This document shows, in pieces, positions 21,841-32,900 of a stretch of DNA of 64,000 nucleotides (within the stretch, counting starts at the first letter, position 1; the number at the start of each line of letters is the position of its first letter). Location of the stretch: positions 3,078,158-3,142,157 of the forward strand of contig MU058781.1 of assembly GCA_013265495.1 (NCBI GenBank), read 5' to 3'. A program made the position numbers and the translations under genes. The DNA comes from Vicugna vicugna (lineage: Eukaryota). The notes beneath the pieces were generated by a model. That model was not told the DNA's origin and did not search any database. It saw only the letters and a program-made list of their open reading frames with translations.

Positions 21841-24800
21841 GGTTGAGAGGAGGCTGACTAACAAGAGAACTCCAGTCGGAGAGAAGAGAATTGATCTTGC
21901 AATACCTGAGGCCTTCCAGGAGTGATGGAGATGGCTAGTCTAGGGTGTACACAATAGATGTGGTAAGACAGATTGATGGGATGCAAACGCATTGTCAATT
22001 CTGTAGCATCCAGTCTGCAAGCAGCTAAGGGGCAACTGGGCCCTTCCAGAAGCCCCTGGGAAGAGACTATTTAACACAGATCAACAACCAAAAACATACA
22101 TTCGTGGACTGCTATTGTGTAGTAATTTCAGGACACGTACTTTCATTGAATTTTTAATCTGGTAATCAACAAATTTGTTATCCACTGGCTCTTCAGTTCA
22201 GTAACTGCAGTGGCTCTAACCATGGGACATGTAAGTGAAAACTAACTCATTCATACTTTTCTCAATAAATCATTCTTTGTGCATCTTCTCCATAATATTT
22301 TGTAGCTTAAAGACTAGTAGGAAAAGGGAGTGAATAGTAATAATGGAAGAGAACAGTTTAATGGCTTCGATGGAGGAGATATCAACTGCAGTGGGAGTGC
22401 AGGGGAAGGCAGGTGTCAGCTTTATCCACCCTGTGGCCAGTGGAGACCCTGGTCCATCTCAGCCCACCTACTGTATCAACCTTTCCTTAGACCCCTCTTT
22501 TCCTCCTTCAGTGCACTCTAGCCACACTGGCCGTTTTTGTTGACACATCAAACTTCTGACCTCCAGCCCCATGATCATTCCATTACTCCATCAAGGAGGA
22601 ACAAAGAAACAGGAAGCAGTGACAAAGGAAAATTTTAAACTGGATGTTTATTCTTTTCTTTGATTAGAATGAGTTTTAGGGGATATGAATCCCTGGAGTT
22701 AATTCTTTTATATCCAGGGATCGTCATTTGATATCTGCAAGAGAAAAAAATCCCCAAATCTAGGCATCTCACCAAAAGGATACAACCCAAGAAGGATAGT
22801 GAGTGGGTAACACATGCAGGGAGACTGACTAGATCCTTTTTGTATTTTGTGCCAACTACAAATCTTTCTTAGGTTCAAGTTAAGCAAATTGATTTTATGT
22901 CTCATTGTATGCCATCGTTTTTTCTCTTGAAGTCAGCAGAGTGACTCCTAATTTTAATGTGAATTCATTAAGTCAGTCATAACAAAGAAAAAGTGTTGTT
23001 TGGTGTAGAAAATACTGAGTTAAAGAAGTTTAAAATTCAACTCGAGTATTTCATTCCCCAGAGACCCTTCCAGCTCTCAGTTTCTAAGGAGTGAATTGTG
23101 CCAGTAAACTTTTAAGTAGAAGAATTTTTTAAAATAAGGTGAAACTTCTGGAAAGATAATATATAGTAATTATATATAGTGGTTCATTAGGGTTTTTGAA
23201 TTTTGTATTCAGAATACTAAAGCAAATGACAAGTGCAATGGTGTGTCTTGAATTATTGATTTGTGGTAAATTATTACTTTAGAGAAAGTACTTTAGAGAA
23301 AGATTTTGAGCATGTTAATATATATATTGATAATAGTCAAGATGGGAGAAAAGACTGAAAAGATGGGTACAAATGAATTCTGGGGAAACAGAGTCTAATT
23401 TGGTGATAAAGCTCAATTGTTTGTGTCATATTAGTGAGACGGTCAGCAGGGCCATGGGACTGATGGTCTTGAGTCCACAGAGTTGGCACCACGTGTCCTC
23501 TTGGACCGTGTGTTGGCAGATTTCACCTTCCCAGGTGCATATGGTTTGGGCATCTCATTCTTACAAGGAATGTAGGCAAAGGAGAATGAGTTCAGAATGA
23601 GGCCACAAAAATAAATCACAAGGGTTCACACGGAAGAATAAAAATAAAAAGAACAGGATATCCTCTGCTTGGCTGACAGCTGTGCCGGGGCATGGATGGC
23701 AGAAGGGGGAGGAATTAATTGCAAAGAAGGAACTAAGAGTCTGTAGAAGTTTAGGAAGGAAGCAGTTAGCAGAATCTGGAATTTTAAAACTGTAAGGCAT
23801 CTTAGAGATCATCTGGCGATTTGGTTGGAATTAATGAGGCTAAATTAAGCTGGGGAAACTTGAGATAAAGAGCAAGAAAAGTCTTCTGCAAATGAGAACT
23901 ATTTAATAAAGCTTGATGAGCCAAATAGAAACTCTGCCTCAGTTCTTTCCCAGTATCCTAGAATCCTGAAATAGGAGATCTCTTTGCAATATATAAGCCA
24001 ATATCTTTACTCATATAAATAAGAATTAAGCCCCTGAGAAGGGAGTTCATAAATTGTCAGATCCAGTCTTGATATCCTGGCTTAGCATTACATATATATA
24101 CCATATTAGTAGCCTCATCTGATTCAAATTGTTGAAATTGGAAAAGAAAATATAATTTCTAGGTTCTGGTGTGATAATTTAACCTCCCACAACCCTTTGA
24201 ATTTCTGTACCCCTTAAAATCATGACAAAATTGAGCCATGCAGTATTTTATATAATTAGAGTAAAACTTTATAGCCAGTTAATGCCAAAGCTGATAAGTA
24301 GATACTAACTTCTGTCTATATTCGTCTATTTCTAGTCTAACCTGTTTATTGAAAAAAATATGTCAGTGCTCATTAGTTTGTAGTCCTCATTAGCAACTTG
24401 TAAGAATATAAAATAAAAAAACAATTTTAGGAACAAAAAGCACACACAAAATTAATCATGCTTTATGTGCTAGCAAATAGAATGTATCACTAGATTAAAA
24501 TTTCACCTTCCCAGGTGCATATGGCAAATTTTTAAAAAAGAAAAGATATATATATACAAGCATCAAAAAAAGAGCAGTTTTAGAGATGACCTGCCTGATC
24601 CAAGTGATTCTAGGAAATTTGGAAAGAATTTACTTTGTTTCACTGAATCTACAATGCCATCAATTGTAGGATGTATTAATCTGCTACCAAAAAGGAAAAA
24701 CCAATTAAACCATGACACAATGCTTTTTTATCAGATCAATTATAAATGCATCCTTTCTTAAATGTTAAAATCTTTTTAAAAGTGTGTACAGTAGAATCAG

Positions 24801-25899
24801 TGAAATATGATATCCTAAGCTTAACCACATAGGAATTGATTACCTCTTGAAACTCCATCACACCCAAGATCTTCATCTCAGTCATTTTATTCTAAAAGGA
24901 GAAATTTTTTAAAGTCATCACAAGTTTTTTTTTTCCTTCTTTAAGAGAAAATTGATTAAATCCATTCTATGCTCTTAGATTACAAGAATGACAAAATAAA
25001 AACCTTATGTGAAGATATATGTGTGGCTTTTTAAGGAGGAGGAGACACATTGTATAATGTAATAGAAATGAGCACACATGTTAAAATACCAGGCTGCCCT
25101 TTCAAACCTTGTGTGTTACACTGTGCTCTGTTGTCAAGCTGCACTGTTGTATCTGTGCTCTGCTGAGCTTGATTCTGTATGGTCCATTATTTCATCACTT
25201 CTCTGTGTGTTCTCTTATTTGAAAGTTATATGTGTCAGCACTGCTGCCCTCAGTAAATTACAGAACTCCAGTACCTGGAGCCAAGAGTGGAAGCTAATCA
25301 GGACCTACGAGGTGGGAGATGAGGCAGGATTTACAAAGGTGCCCTGTCTTTCCAGTCTCTTCCCTTCCTCCCTTGCACCTGCACCACTAAGTCTGATTAG
25401 GCCCACCACCTTCATGGGGAGTTTATTAAAAAATATTATCCTAATTTACATGTTATTGCTACAAAATTGTACAGTAATAACAATCACCACTTCATATGCC
25501 ATTCAGAATCCACCCCTATTATCCTCAACATATGTATAGAAAAAGAATTTTTCTTTCTGGTCACATGTGGGTTGTTTGGGATTTGACTTTTTAACTTTTT
25601 TTTTTTTGGTAAAGTTTGGGGTAAACCTATTAAGCTGTCTTGTTAGTAAAGTCAGACAATGTTATCTTGGAGGAAATGACTCATCTGTGCTCTTGAATAT
25701 ATCACACTTGAAATTCATCAATTAGCACATTGTATGGAATTTATTTAACAATGCTTGTTGAGGTGTCAAATCAAATTCTTCAAATTCTTTTTTGACTAAA
25801 TCTCTTCTTAAATGACCTGCTCTACTTGAGATCACAGGGCCTCAAATATTTTCCTTTTCTAAAAAGCACAAAACATTTATGTGGCTTGAAATTCTGGCT

Positions 25900-27270
25900 C
25901 ACATTTTCTTAGTCGCAAGCAGTCCTCTTCAGCCCTTAACAGCCTCCCCTTGTCACCTCCCGTTCATACATGAGTCCCCAAATTCTGCCCTGTGATGTCA
26001 TTCTCTGGAAGACACCAATGACTTACTAATTGTCGATGTGAATGGCCTCTTTCTTATTTGCTTCCTCTAAGTTTTAGTAGCATTTGCCACTGTTGACTAA
26101 AGTCCGTCATAATACTTCCATCCCTTGGCTTCGTAATGCCGCATTTTTCTCATTCTCCTGCTTGCTAAATCGCAAGTCCCCAGTTTCCTATCCCTCCCTA
26201 CTAAGTGCATCTCAGTACTGTGTATTTGGCCTGATAACCCGTGTACATTCTCTTTATTAGCAATCCTATCCAGTCTTAAGACTTTAGTACCTGCCTCCAA
26301 AATATACATCTTTGGAGTTCCTGATCTGCATTTTTTAACCTACATGGGCCTCGATTTTCTACAACTAATTCCACTATCCTATCTCTTGGGCATACTTCTA
26401 CTCCAGTCTCGTGAGAGCACCATCCTCTTTGCCATCATTCAGACTTTTAGCCTAGAAGAAAGTCCTAATGCCCCCTCTTCCCTCACGCCACGCATTGTAT
26501 CAGTTGCCCATCAGGTAGGAGGCACTTTGTGTTGTGTCTGATGCCCTCTCCATTCCCCTTCAGTCTCGAGATCCTAGTTCAGGCCCTTGTTCCCTCTCTT
26601 AGGGACTAAGCACCTCTCTGATTTTCTCCCTTCAAATGCATCCTACAAGCTGTTCTTAGAACCTACCACTTTATCAACAATGGCTCTTTCTTCCTTTATA
26701 GGAAATGGGAACTGGCCTTGCTTTTCCCACGCTCAAAAAGCTTCAGTGGTCTCTCCGGGCATCCAATGTCTTTTACTCTTTGACCTCAAATGACCTATAT
26801 CTGCCATGTCCCACGCTCTGGCCAACCCCGACAATTCGCCGTCTCCCAAATACATTCCACCTGTGCCCTCACTGTCCTTCTGCTCACACTGTGCCCCTCA
26901 GAGTGTTGTGTCAGGACCAGCAGCATCAGCAGCACCTGAGAACTTGTTAGACATACACATTCGCAGGCCAACCTCACACCTGCTGCATCAGAAACTCTGA
27001 AAGTGAGGCCCAGCAGCCTGTGCTCTAATAAGCCCTCCAGCGGATTCTGATGCATACTAACGCTTGTGAACATGAAAAGTGTTTTCCTGTTCTCCCTGCT
27101 AAAATTTTCCCTGCCTTTTCAAAAATTTCCATAAGGTTGTCTCTAATTCTTTGTCCTGCTCCCATAGTTACCTCTTGTGTCTTTATCGTCTCATTTTCAA
27201 AGTCCATCCTTATTTCTCAGTTATACACACATGTTGGACCTCCCTGGTAGATTTTAAGCTCAAGGATAGG
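25900..27270 (+). mobile_element. Degenerate LINE-2 remnant interrupted by MER5A
   Basis: caccaatgacttactaattg...agcatttgccactgttgact...cccttggcttcgtaatg...caccatcctc...agaagaaagtcctaatgccccctcttccctcac...tagattttaagctcaaggatagggagc. Confidence 0.7.
26895..27072. mobile_element. MER5A hAT-Charlie MITE
   Basis: ggaccagcagcatcagcagcacctgagaacttgttaga...atcagaaactctg...ggcccagcagcctgtg...taataagccctccagcggattctgatgca. Confidence 0.9.
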
Positions 27271-27274
27271 GAGC

Positions 27275-27275
<1 letters not shown>

Positions 27276-27320
<45 letters not shown>
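27276..27320. repeat. Perfect (TG)n microsatellite, about 22 units
   Basis: Seen directly. Confidence 0.97.
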
Positions 27321-27321
<1 letters not shown>

Positions 27322-28354
27322 CTACTTTGCTTTATGCCGTCTCTCGGCATTTTTTCACCTGTTTTCTATTTTTTAAAAGTAGAATTGAAAACAATGAATA
27401 AAACTTTCTAATTTGTGAGTGATGTAATTCATCAGAATCCAGAAGGTTATCAGGAGAAATGAAAGAGCACTTAAAATTTGACAGAGTAGCTTTAATTTTC
27501 TAATAAAATAAATCCACTCTTTAATCTCACATGCTTATTCAATTATGAGAGGCCTATTTGATACTGTGGTGTTGACTTCAGACCATTTGGACTGTCTGAT
27601 CTCTGGGAAAAAAAATTTAACTGCACAATAGTATCAAAGAGACAAGAAGTTGTGTTTTCAGAATGTGCCTTACTCCACACAAAGTTCACAGCTACTGTTG
27701 CTGTTTGTACAATTGTTTTATCCAAAGGAGTGTCTGGAGACAAAGAGGAGCATTTTCCCAGAGAGGCATGAAATTTAAATATTAAAATGAATACATCTAA
27801 ATTACCCAATTGTCCTACATCTGTGGTTTGAAATCTTATTATTCCATTTTATACTGTTAATATTTATTGATTCATTTAAAGTAGTATTCAGTTATAAGAC
27901 TGAGTCACTGTGACTATGCATGTATGTTTAATATAAAATAATATTCACAGGCCCAATTTTCTCAGGTAAGAGCAGAATTGGGGGGCGGGGAATAAAAGTT
28001 GGAAGAGCGTGAGAGCTAATTGTGTCACACAGGTGGTGGTAACCATTCCATAATTTCAAATGTAGCCATACACTGCTGAAATTCTTGCTTCACTTTGATT
28101 CCCTATTGAGATTACCTGGGCAATTAAAGTAGTAGCAAATCTGCTCTTCTAATGATTGACCAGAATTCAAGGTAATGATTTCCAAATTAGGAAAGTCATA
28201 GAGGATCTGCTCTATATCCAGCCCTTCAAAAGGGGCACTTCAATTCTTAAAAGCTCTGAGAAAGGAGATGCAAGATCCCCATCTGACAACTAAAGATGCC
28301 CAGCAAGGTTAGGGTACTCCTCCAAGGTCTACAGGCTACACTGATGAAACTCAC

Positions 28355-28575
28355 CCAACGTGAACACTGCAGTGGCACCCTTGAAAGATTAGCTCAGTGG
28401 TGCTCAGCCTTCTTGTGCTTGCAGCCCTCTTGAACTCCAGACATTTCGAGAGTGCATTTAAAATAATTCCAAGACTCAGAACAACGCACGTCAGCACTAA
28501 CCACAGTGCAAACCTGTCTCCAGTAAGCAGCTGCTGAGTGTCCATGCAAGCGTCCTCAGCTCCCCTACTTTTATT
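28355..28575 (-). promoter_or_regulatory. Candidate TATA-variant promoter and first exon of an unidentified minus-strand transcript
   Basis: Minus strand: AATAAAAG (starting at 28575), a CA initiator-like site 30 nt downstream (~28545), then an exon ending GTTGG|gtgagt (donor 28354-28349). Non-repeat, locally more CpG, with RUNX (TGTGGTT), TGACGTG and CAGCTG motifs. Confidence 0.3.
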
Positions 28576-30084
28576 CATGAGTTACTCTCCTCTGGGTCAT
28601 ACGGATAGTGCATAGAGCTATATGCGACTCCCCTGCCTTCTTAGATTCAAGGAGCTCATCTCTGCACTCCAGTGAGAGCACTTTTCTTTAATGCAGCTTA
28701 AGGCTGCCCCCACATTTCCCTCTGCACTTTGTTACAGATCCTCTCAACTCAGAACTGATTCTTAACACTGAGGGCCCCTGGAAGACATTCTCTCATGTCT
28801 TTTGAATGATTATGTAATAGAATATAGAGGTTTAGTCTGTTAAATAACAGAAATGTGGTTAATGGAATATTTTAAATTATGCTAATTGGATTTTTCAAAG
28901 TCTTTTTAAAAGCGTGACTTCTGCCACGTATATCATGTTTTAACAATAGAAATTATCTTTTAAAGAATATTATTTAGTCAAACAGTGAATTTTTCACAAA
29001 TCAGGTCTGCCTTATGTATTTTCACTAGTAATAGCTATAAATTCAACCTTTAGGATGATTCAAATACTTAGCATACATCAAAATCCCTGGGCAAAATGAC
29101 TGTCCTTAAAAAACATGGCCAGTAGGACACATATTTTCAGAACTGTGAATTTGTTTGCATGATAACTGCAATTACAAATCTGGAGTTTTTAATCTAGCAA
29201 TCAGATGACAAGTTGAGTAATTACCATTCCATGCTTAACTATTTTTAAGATGACTTTTTTTTTCAAAGCAGCTGTTGTGGTCAAAAGCACAAGGAGATTT
29301 ATTTTTTTCTTCCCATGCTACAGTATTTTGGCAAACAAATCTCTTTTTTTCCCAAAACATGAAGAGTCTGATTCCGGAAGATGATGTTGTAACACATGTG
29401 TGCTCTCATAGATTTTTTTTTTCCTATGTGCTTAATTGTCTTGCAGAGATGGGCTTGTTTAAAAAAAAAAAATCCCACTCTGCACTTAGTACAGAGTGGG
29501 TACCCAATGAGTAGTTTGTGAATGGACGAGTCAATGATTAGTATTTTGATTATTTAAGCATATCATTCTAAAAGCTATTGTGTATGTGTGAGAGAGCAAT
29601 GAGAAAAGAAAATTCAAAATATTTGTTGGTACTGTTTTCTTTTCGTCCCCCACAGGCTGACATTAAAGAGGTAGATAGCGTTTCTCCGGAGAATTTCAAA
29701 CCAAGAGAGATACTAATGTGCATTGAAGAGTTTTGATTCTCCATGTTAATTATTGTGTCAACCCCAGGAAACACAGGAACTGAGAAAGACAGGATGGTTA
29801 GTGGATGCAGCTGATCATTGTGATTTCAGATACTTTATTTTAGCAGCAGACTGGTCAGAACAGAGACATGTGAAATCCTTACAAAGAGCAGGTAGAAACT
29901 CTGACCAAAAATCACCTGCCAACCCAGTCTTCCCAGTTAGTCTGTCTTAAAATATTCTTCCTTTATAAAGCCTTCAGTAATGGTCCACAGGCAGAGTGCG
30001 TTGCTTCCACTTGTCCATGTGTCTTGCACTTTCTTACTGGCATTTGTTACTCTAATCCCCCAAATATTTATTTGGATGTTCTCC

Positions 30085-30190
30085 CAATAGCTTTGTGATA
30101 TGCTTGAATGGGTGAGACTGTCTCTTAATAATCTTTGCATCCACTGTGTTTGGCATAATTTGGTTTCCCGATGAATTTTGTTGAATTGTT
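30085..30190 (+). mobile_element. LINE-2 3' terminus
   Basis: gcttgaatgggtgagactgtctctta...ctttgcatcc...tggcataatt...atgaattttgttgaat. Confidence 0.55.
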
Positions 30191-30359
30191 CTGGGAGGAT
30201 AAATATATTAGATATTCACACTTCAACCTCAGTTATTTTAAGGAGATTTATAATCCACAAATATAATCTTCAGAGATCAAATGTTGCATTTAGGCTGCAG
30301 AACTGGTTCCATAATTTTAATACATTTGGTGTGGTTTAGTTTTTTTTAAATAATGAAAT

Positions 30360-31830
30360 ATTTTTTATTGAAGTATAGTTGATTTACAACATTGTGTTAA
30401 TTTCTGGTATACAACATAGTGATTCATATATATATGTATATATATTCCTTTTCATATCCTTTTTCATTATAGGCCATTACAAGGTATTGAATATAGTTAC
30501 ATAATTCTCTGTGTTATACAATAGGACCTTGTTATTTATCTATTTTTATATATAGTAGTTAGTATCTACAAATCCTGAACTCCCAGTTCATCCCTCCCCA
30601 CCCTGTTTCCCCACTAGTAACCAACCATAAGTTTGTTCTCTATGTCTATGAGTCTGTCTCTATTTTGTAAAAAAGTTCATTTGTGTTCTTTTTTTAAGAT
30701 TCCACATATAAGTGATACCATATTTGTTTTCTTTCTCTTTCTGGCTTAATTCATTTAGTATGATGATCTCCAAGTCCATCCACATTGCTGCAAATGGCAT
30801 TATTTTATTCTTTTTATATGGATGAGTAGTTTTACATTGTGTAAATATACCACAGATACTTATTTATCCAGTCATCTGTTGATGGACATTTAGGTTGCCA
30901 CCATGTCTTGACTATTGTAAATAGAGCTTCTATGAACATTGGAGTGGATGTATCTTTTTGAATTAAAGTTTCCTCTGGATATATGCCCAAGAGTGGGATT
31001 TCTGGATCATAGGATAAATCTGTTTTCAATTTTTTAAGAAATCTCCATGCTATTTTCCGTAACAGCTGCGCCAAACTACATTCCTACCAACAGTGTAGAA
31101 AGTTTCCCTTTTCTCCACATCGTCTCCAGCATTTATCATTTGTGGACTTTTTAAAGATGGCCATTCTGACTGATGTCAGGTAATACCTCGTTGTAGTTTT
31201 GATTTAAATTTCTCTGATAGCTAACAATATTGAGCGTTCTTTCAAGTGCCTATTGGCCATTGTATGTCTTCATTGGAGAAACATTTGTTTAGGTCTTCAG
31301 CTCATTTTTTGATTGGGTTGTTTGTTTTTTGTTGTTGTTTTTGAGTTTTATGAGTTATTGGTGTATTCTGAAAATTAAGCCCTTGTCAGTCTCATTATTT
31401 GCAAATATTTTCTCCCAGTCAGTAGGTTCTCTTTTCACTTCATTTATGGTTTCCTTTGATGTACAAAAGCTTATGTTTAATTAGGTCCCGTTTGTTTATT
31501 TTTGCTTTTATTTCTAGTGCCTAGGTTGCCCTAGGAGAACACTGCTACAATTTATATCGGAGAATGTTTCGCCTGTGTTCTCTTCTAAACCTCTTCTAGG
31601 AGGTTTATGTTGTCTTGTCTTATGTTTGTCTTTAAGCCATTTTGAGTTTGTTTTTGTGTACTGTGTGAGGAAGTGTTCTAACTTCATTAATTTGCCTGTG
31701 GCTGTCCGGCTTTTCTAACACTACTTGTCAGAGACTCTTTTCTCTATTGTATATTCTTGCCTCCTTTGTTGAAGACTAATTGACTGTGGGTGTGTGGGTT
31801 TATTTCTGGGCTCTCTATTCTGATCTATTC
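30360..31830 (-). mobile_element. 5'-truncated LINE-1 (~1.5 kb; ORF2 C-terminal region plus 3' UTR)
   Basis: tttttattgaagtatagttgatttacaa 3' end. ORF 30832-31074 ([26 protein letters not shown]...PMFIEALFTIVKTWWQPKCPSTDDWINK) is the L1 ORF2p C-terminal region. The sequence continues collinearly through ORF2 with frameshifts. Confidence 0.96.
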
Positions 31831-32216
31831 ATTTTTAATTGATTCTGATCTATTGGTTTTAATTTGTTTATCAAGGCATCTTGAAAGCAGGGATCCCAAT
31901 GTAGAACTCTGCCTTTCCTATTTGTAGGAACTGTTTCTTATTTTCTCTAAGACATCTCAGAGTAAAGTTCAGTGTCAAATCCTGACACACCTAATGAGTC
32001 AAAATATTTGTGACAGGTGGGTAACTTTTCCATTATACTTTTGTGTTTAAAAAATGTTTTTTGTTACCCACATAGTTCCAAACATTACATTAAAATGACT
32101 CATTGTAATCATTTTTTTTATCTGTAACTCATTGTAATCATATGTGCAGAAACCAGCTTTTAGAGAGCTAATTGCTAATCTATACAACAGTATTCCCTAT
32201 CAGTCTCTTAAATCTT

Positions 32217-32325
32217 TTTTATATTGATACATATTTTATTGAGATATAATTGACATGTGACATTATATTAGTTTCAGGTGTACAACATAATAGTGATTTT
32301 ATTTTTACAGATTTCCCCAATAATA
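32217..32325 (-). mobile_element. Very short LINE-1 3' end
   Basis: ttttattgagatataattgacatgtgacattatattagtttcaggtgtacaacataa. Possible TSD tcttaaatctt at 32206-32216 and 32326-32336. Confidence 0.7.
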
Positions 32326-32399
32326 TCTTAAATCTTAGTACTCTTACTCAATCTTTGGGCACATTTAAAAATATACTTTCAACTTTTAAAAAGTTGTTG

Positions 32400-32900
32400 G
32401 AGAACAAATTTTTATAGCATTTCAGGAGAGCTGTTCATTAATACATCAAAAGTAATTTGTGCTCACTTTGATCCAGCAATACCACTCATGAAAATTTATC
32501 CTGGTATGATAATCATGTAGGTGCCAAAAGAGGTAGCTACACAAATTTCATGGAACTGAGGTTATCGAGATAATAATAATTAGAGACCATCATAATATAC
32601 AAGAAGAATGGTTGAACTACATAAAACTGGTATAATGGAAAAGAAGGAAGATATTTTAAATGACCTAGAAAGATTTTCATGAGATACGATCGAGGCTAAA
32701 ACATCAGGCTGCAGAACTAAACAAGTACAACCTCTTTTTTAGAAAATTATATGTGGATGGGGAAAGGGAGGTAGTATCTGTTAGTGTTGTTGTCATCAGC
32801 ATAGAACGGTAATGATTTCTGCTGCCTTATTTGTAGTTATCTGTATTTTCTAACTTTCTACAATGAGCAGGGATTGCTTTAGCAATAAGAAAATAAAAGC
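32400..32900 (+). mobile_element. Ancient L1ME-type 3' remnant
   Basis: ctttgatccagcaataccactcatgaaaatttatcct...aatggttgaactac...aaatgacctagaaagattttcatga...tctgtattttctaactttctacaatgagca. Confidence 0.7.

Noticed and set aside
25078..25539. Longest ORF (153 aa) as a membrane protein
   Set aside because: The L/S/C/V-rich composition reflects T-rich DNA. No domain or supporting gene structure was recognised.
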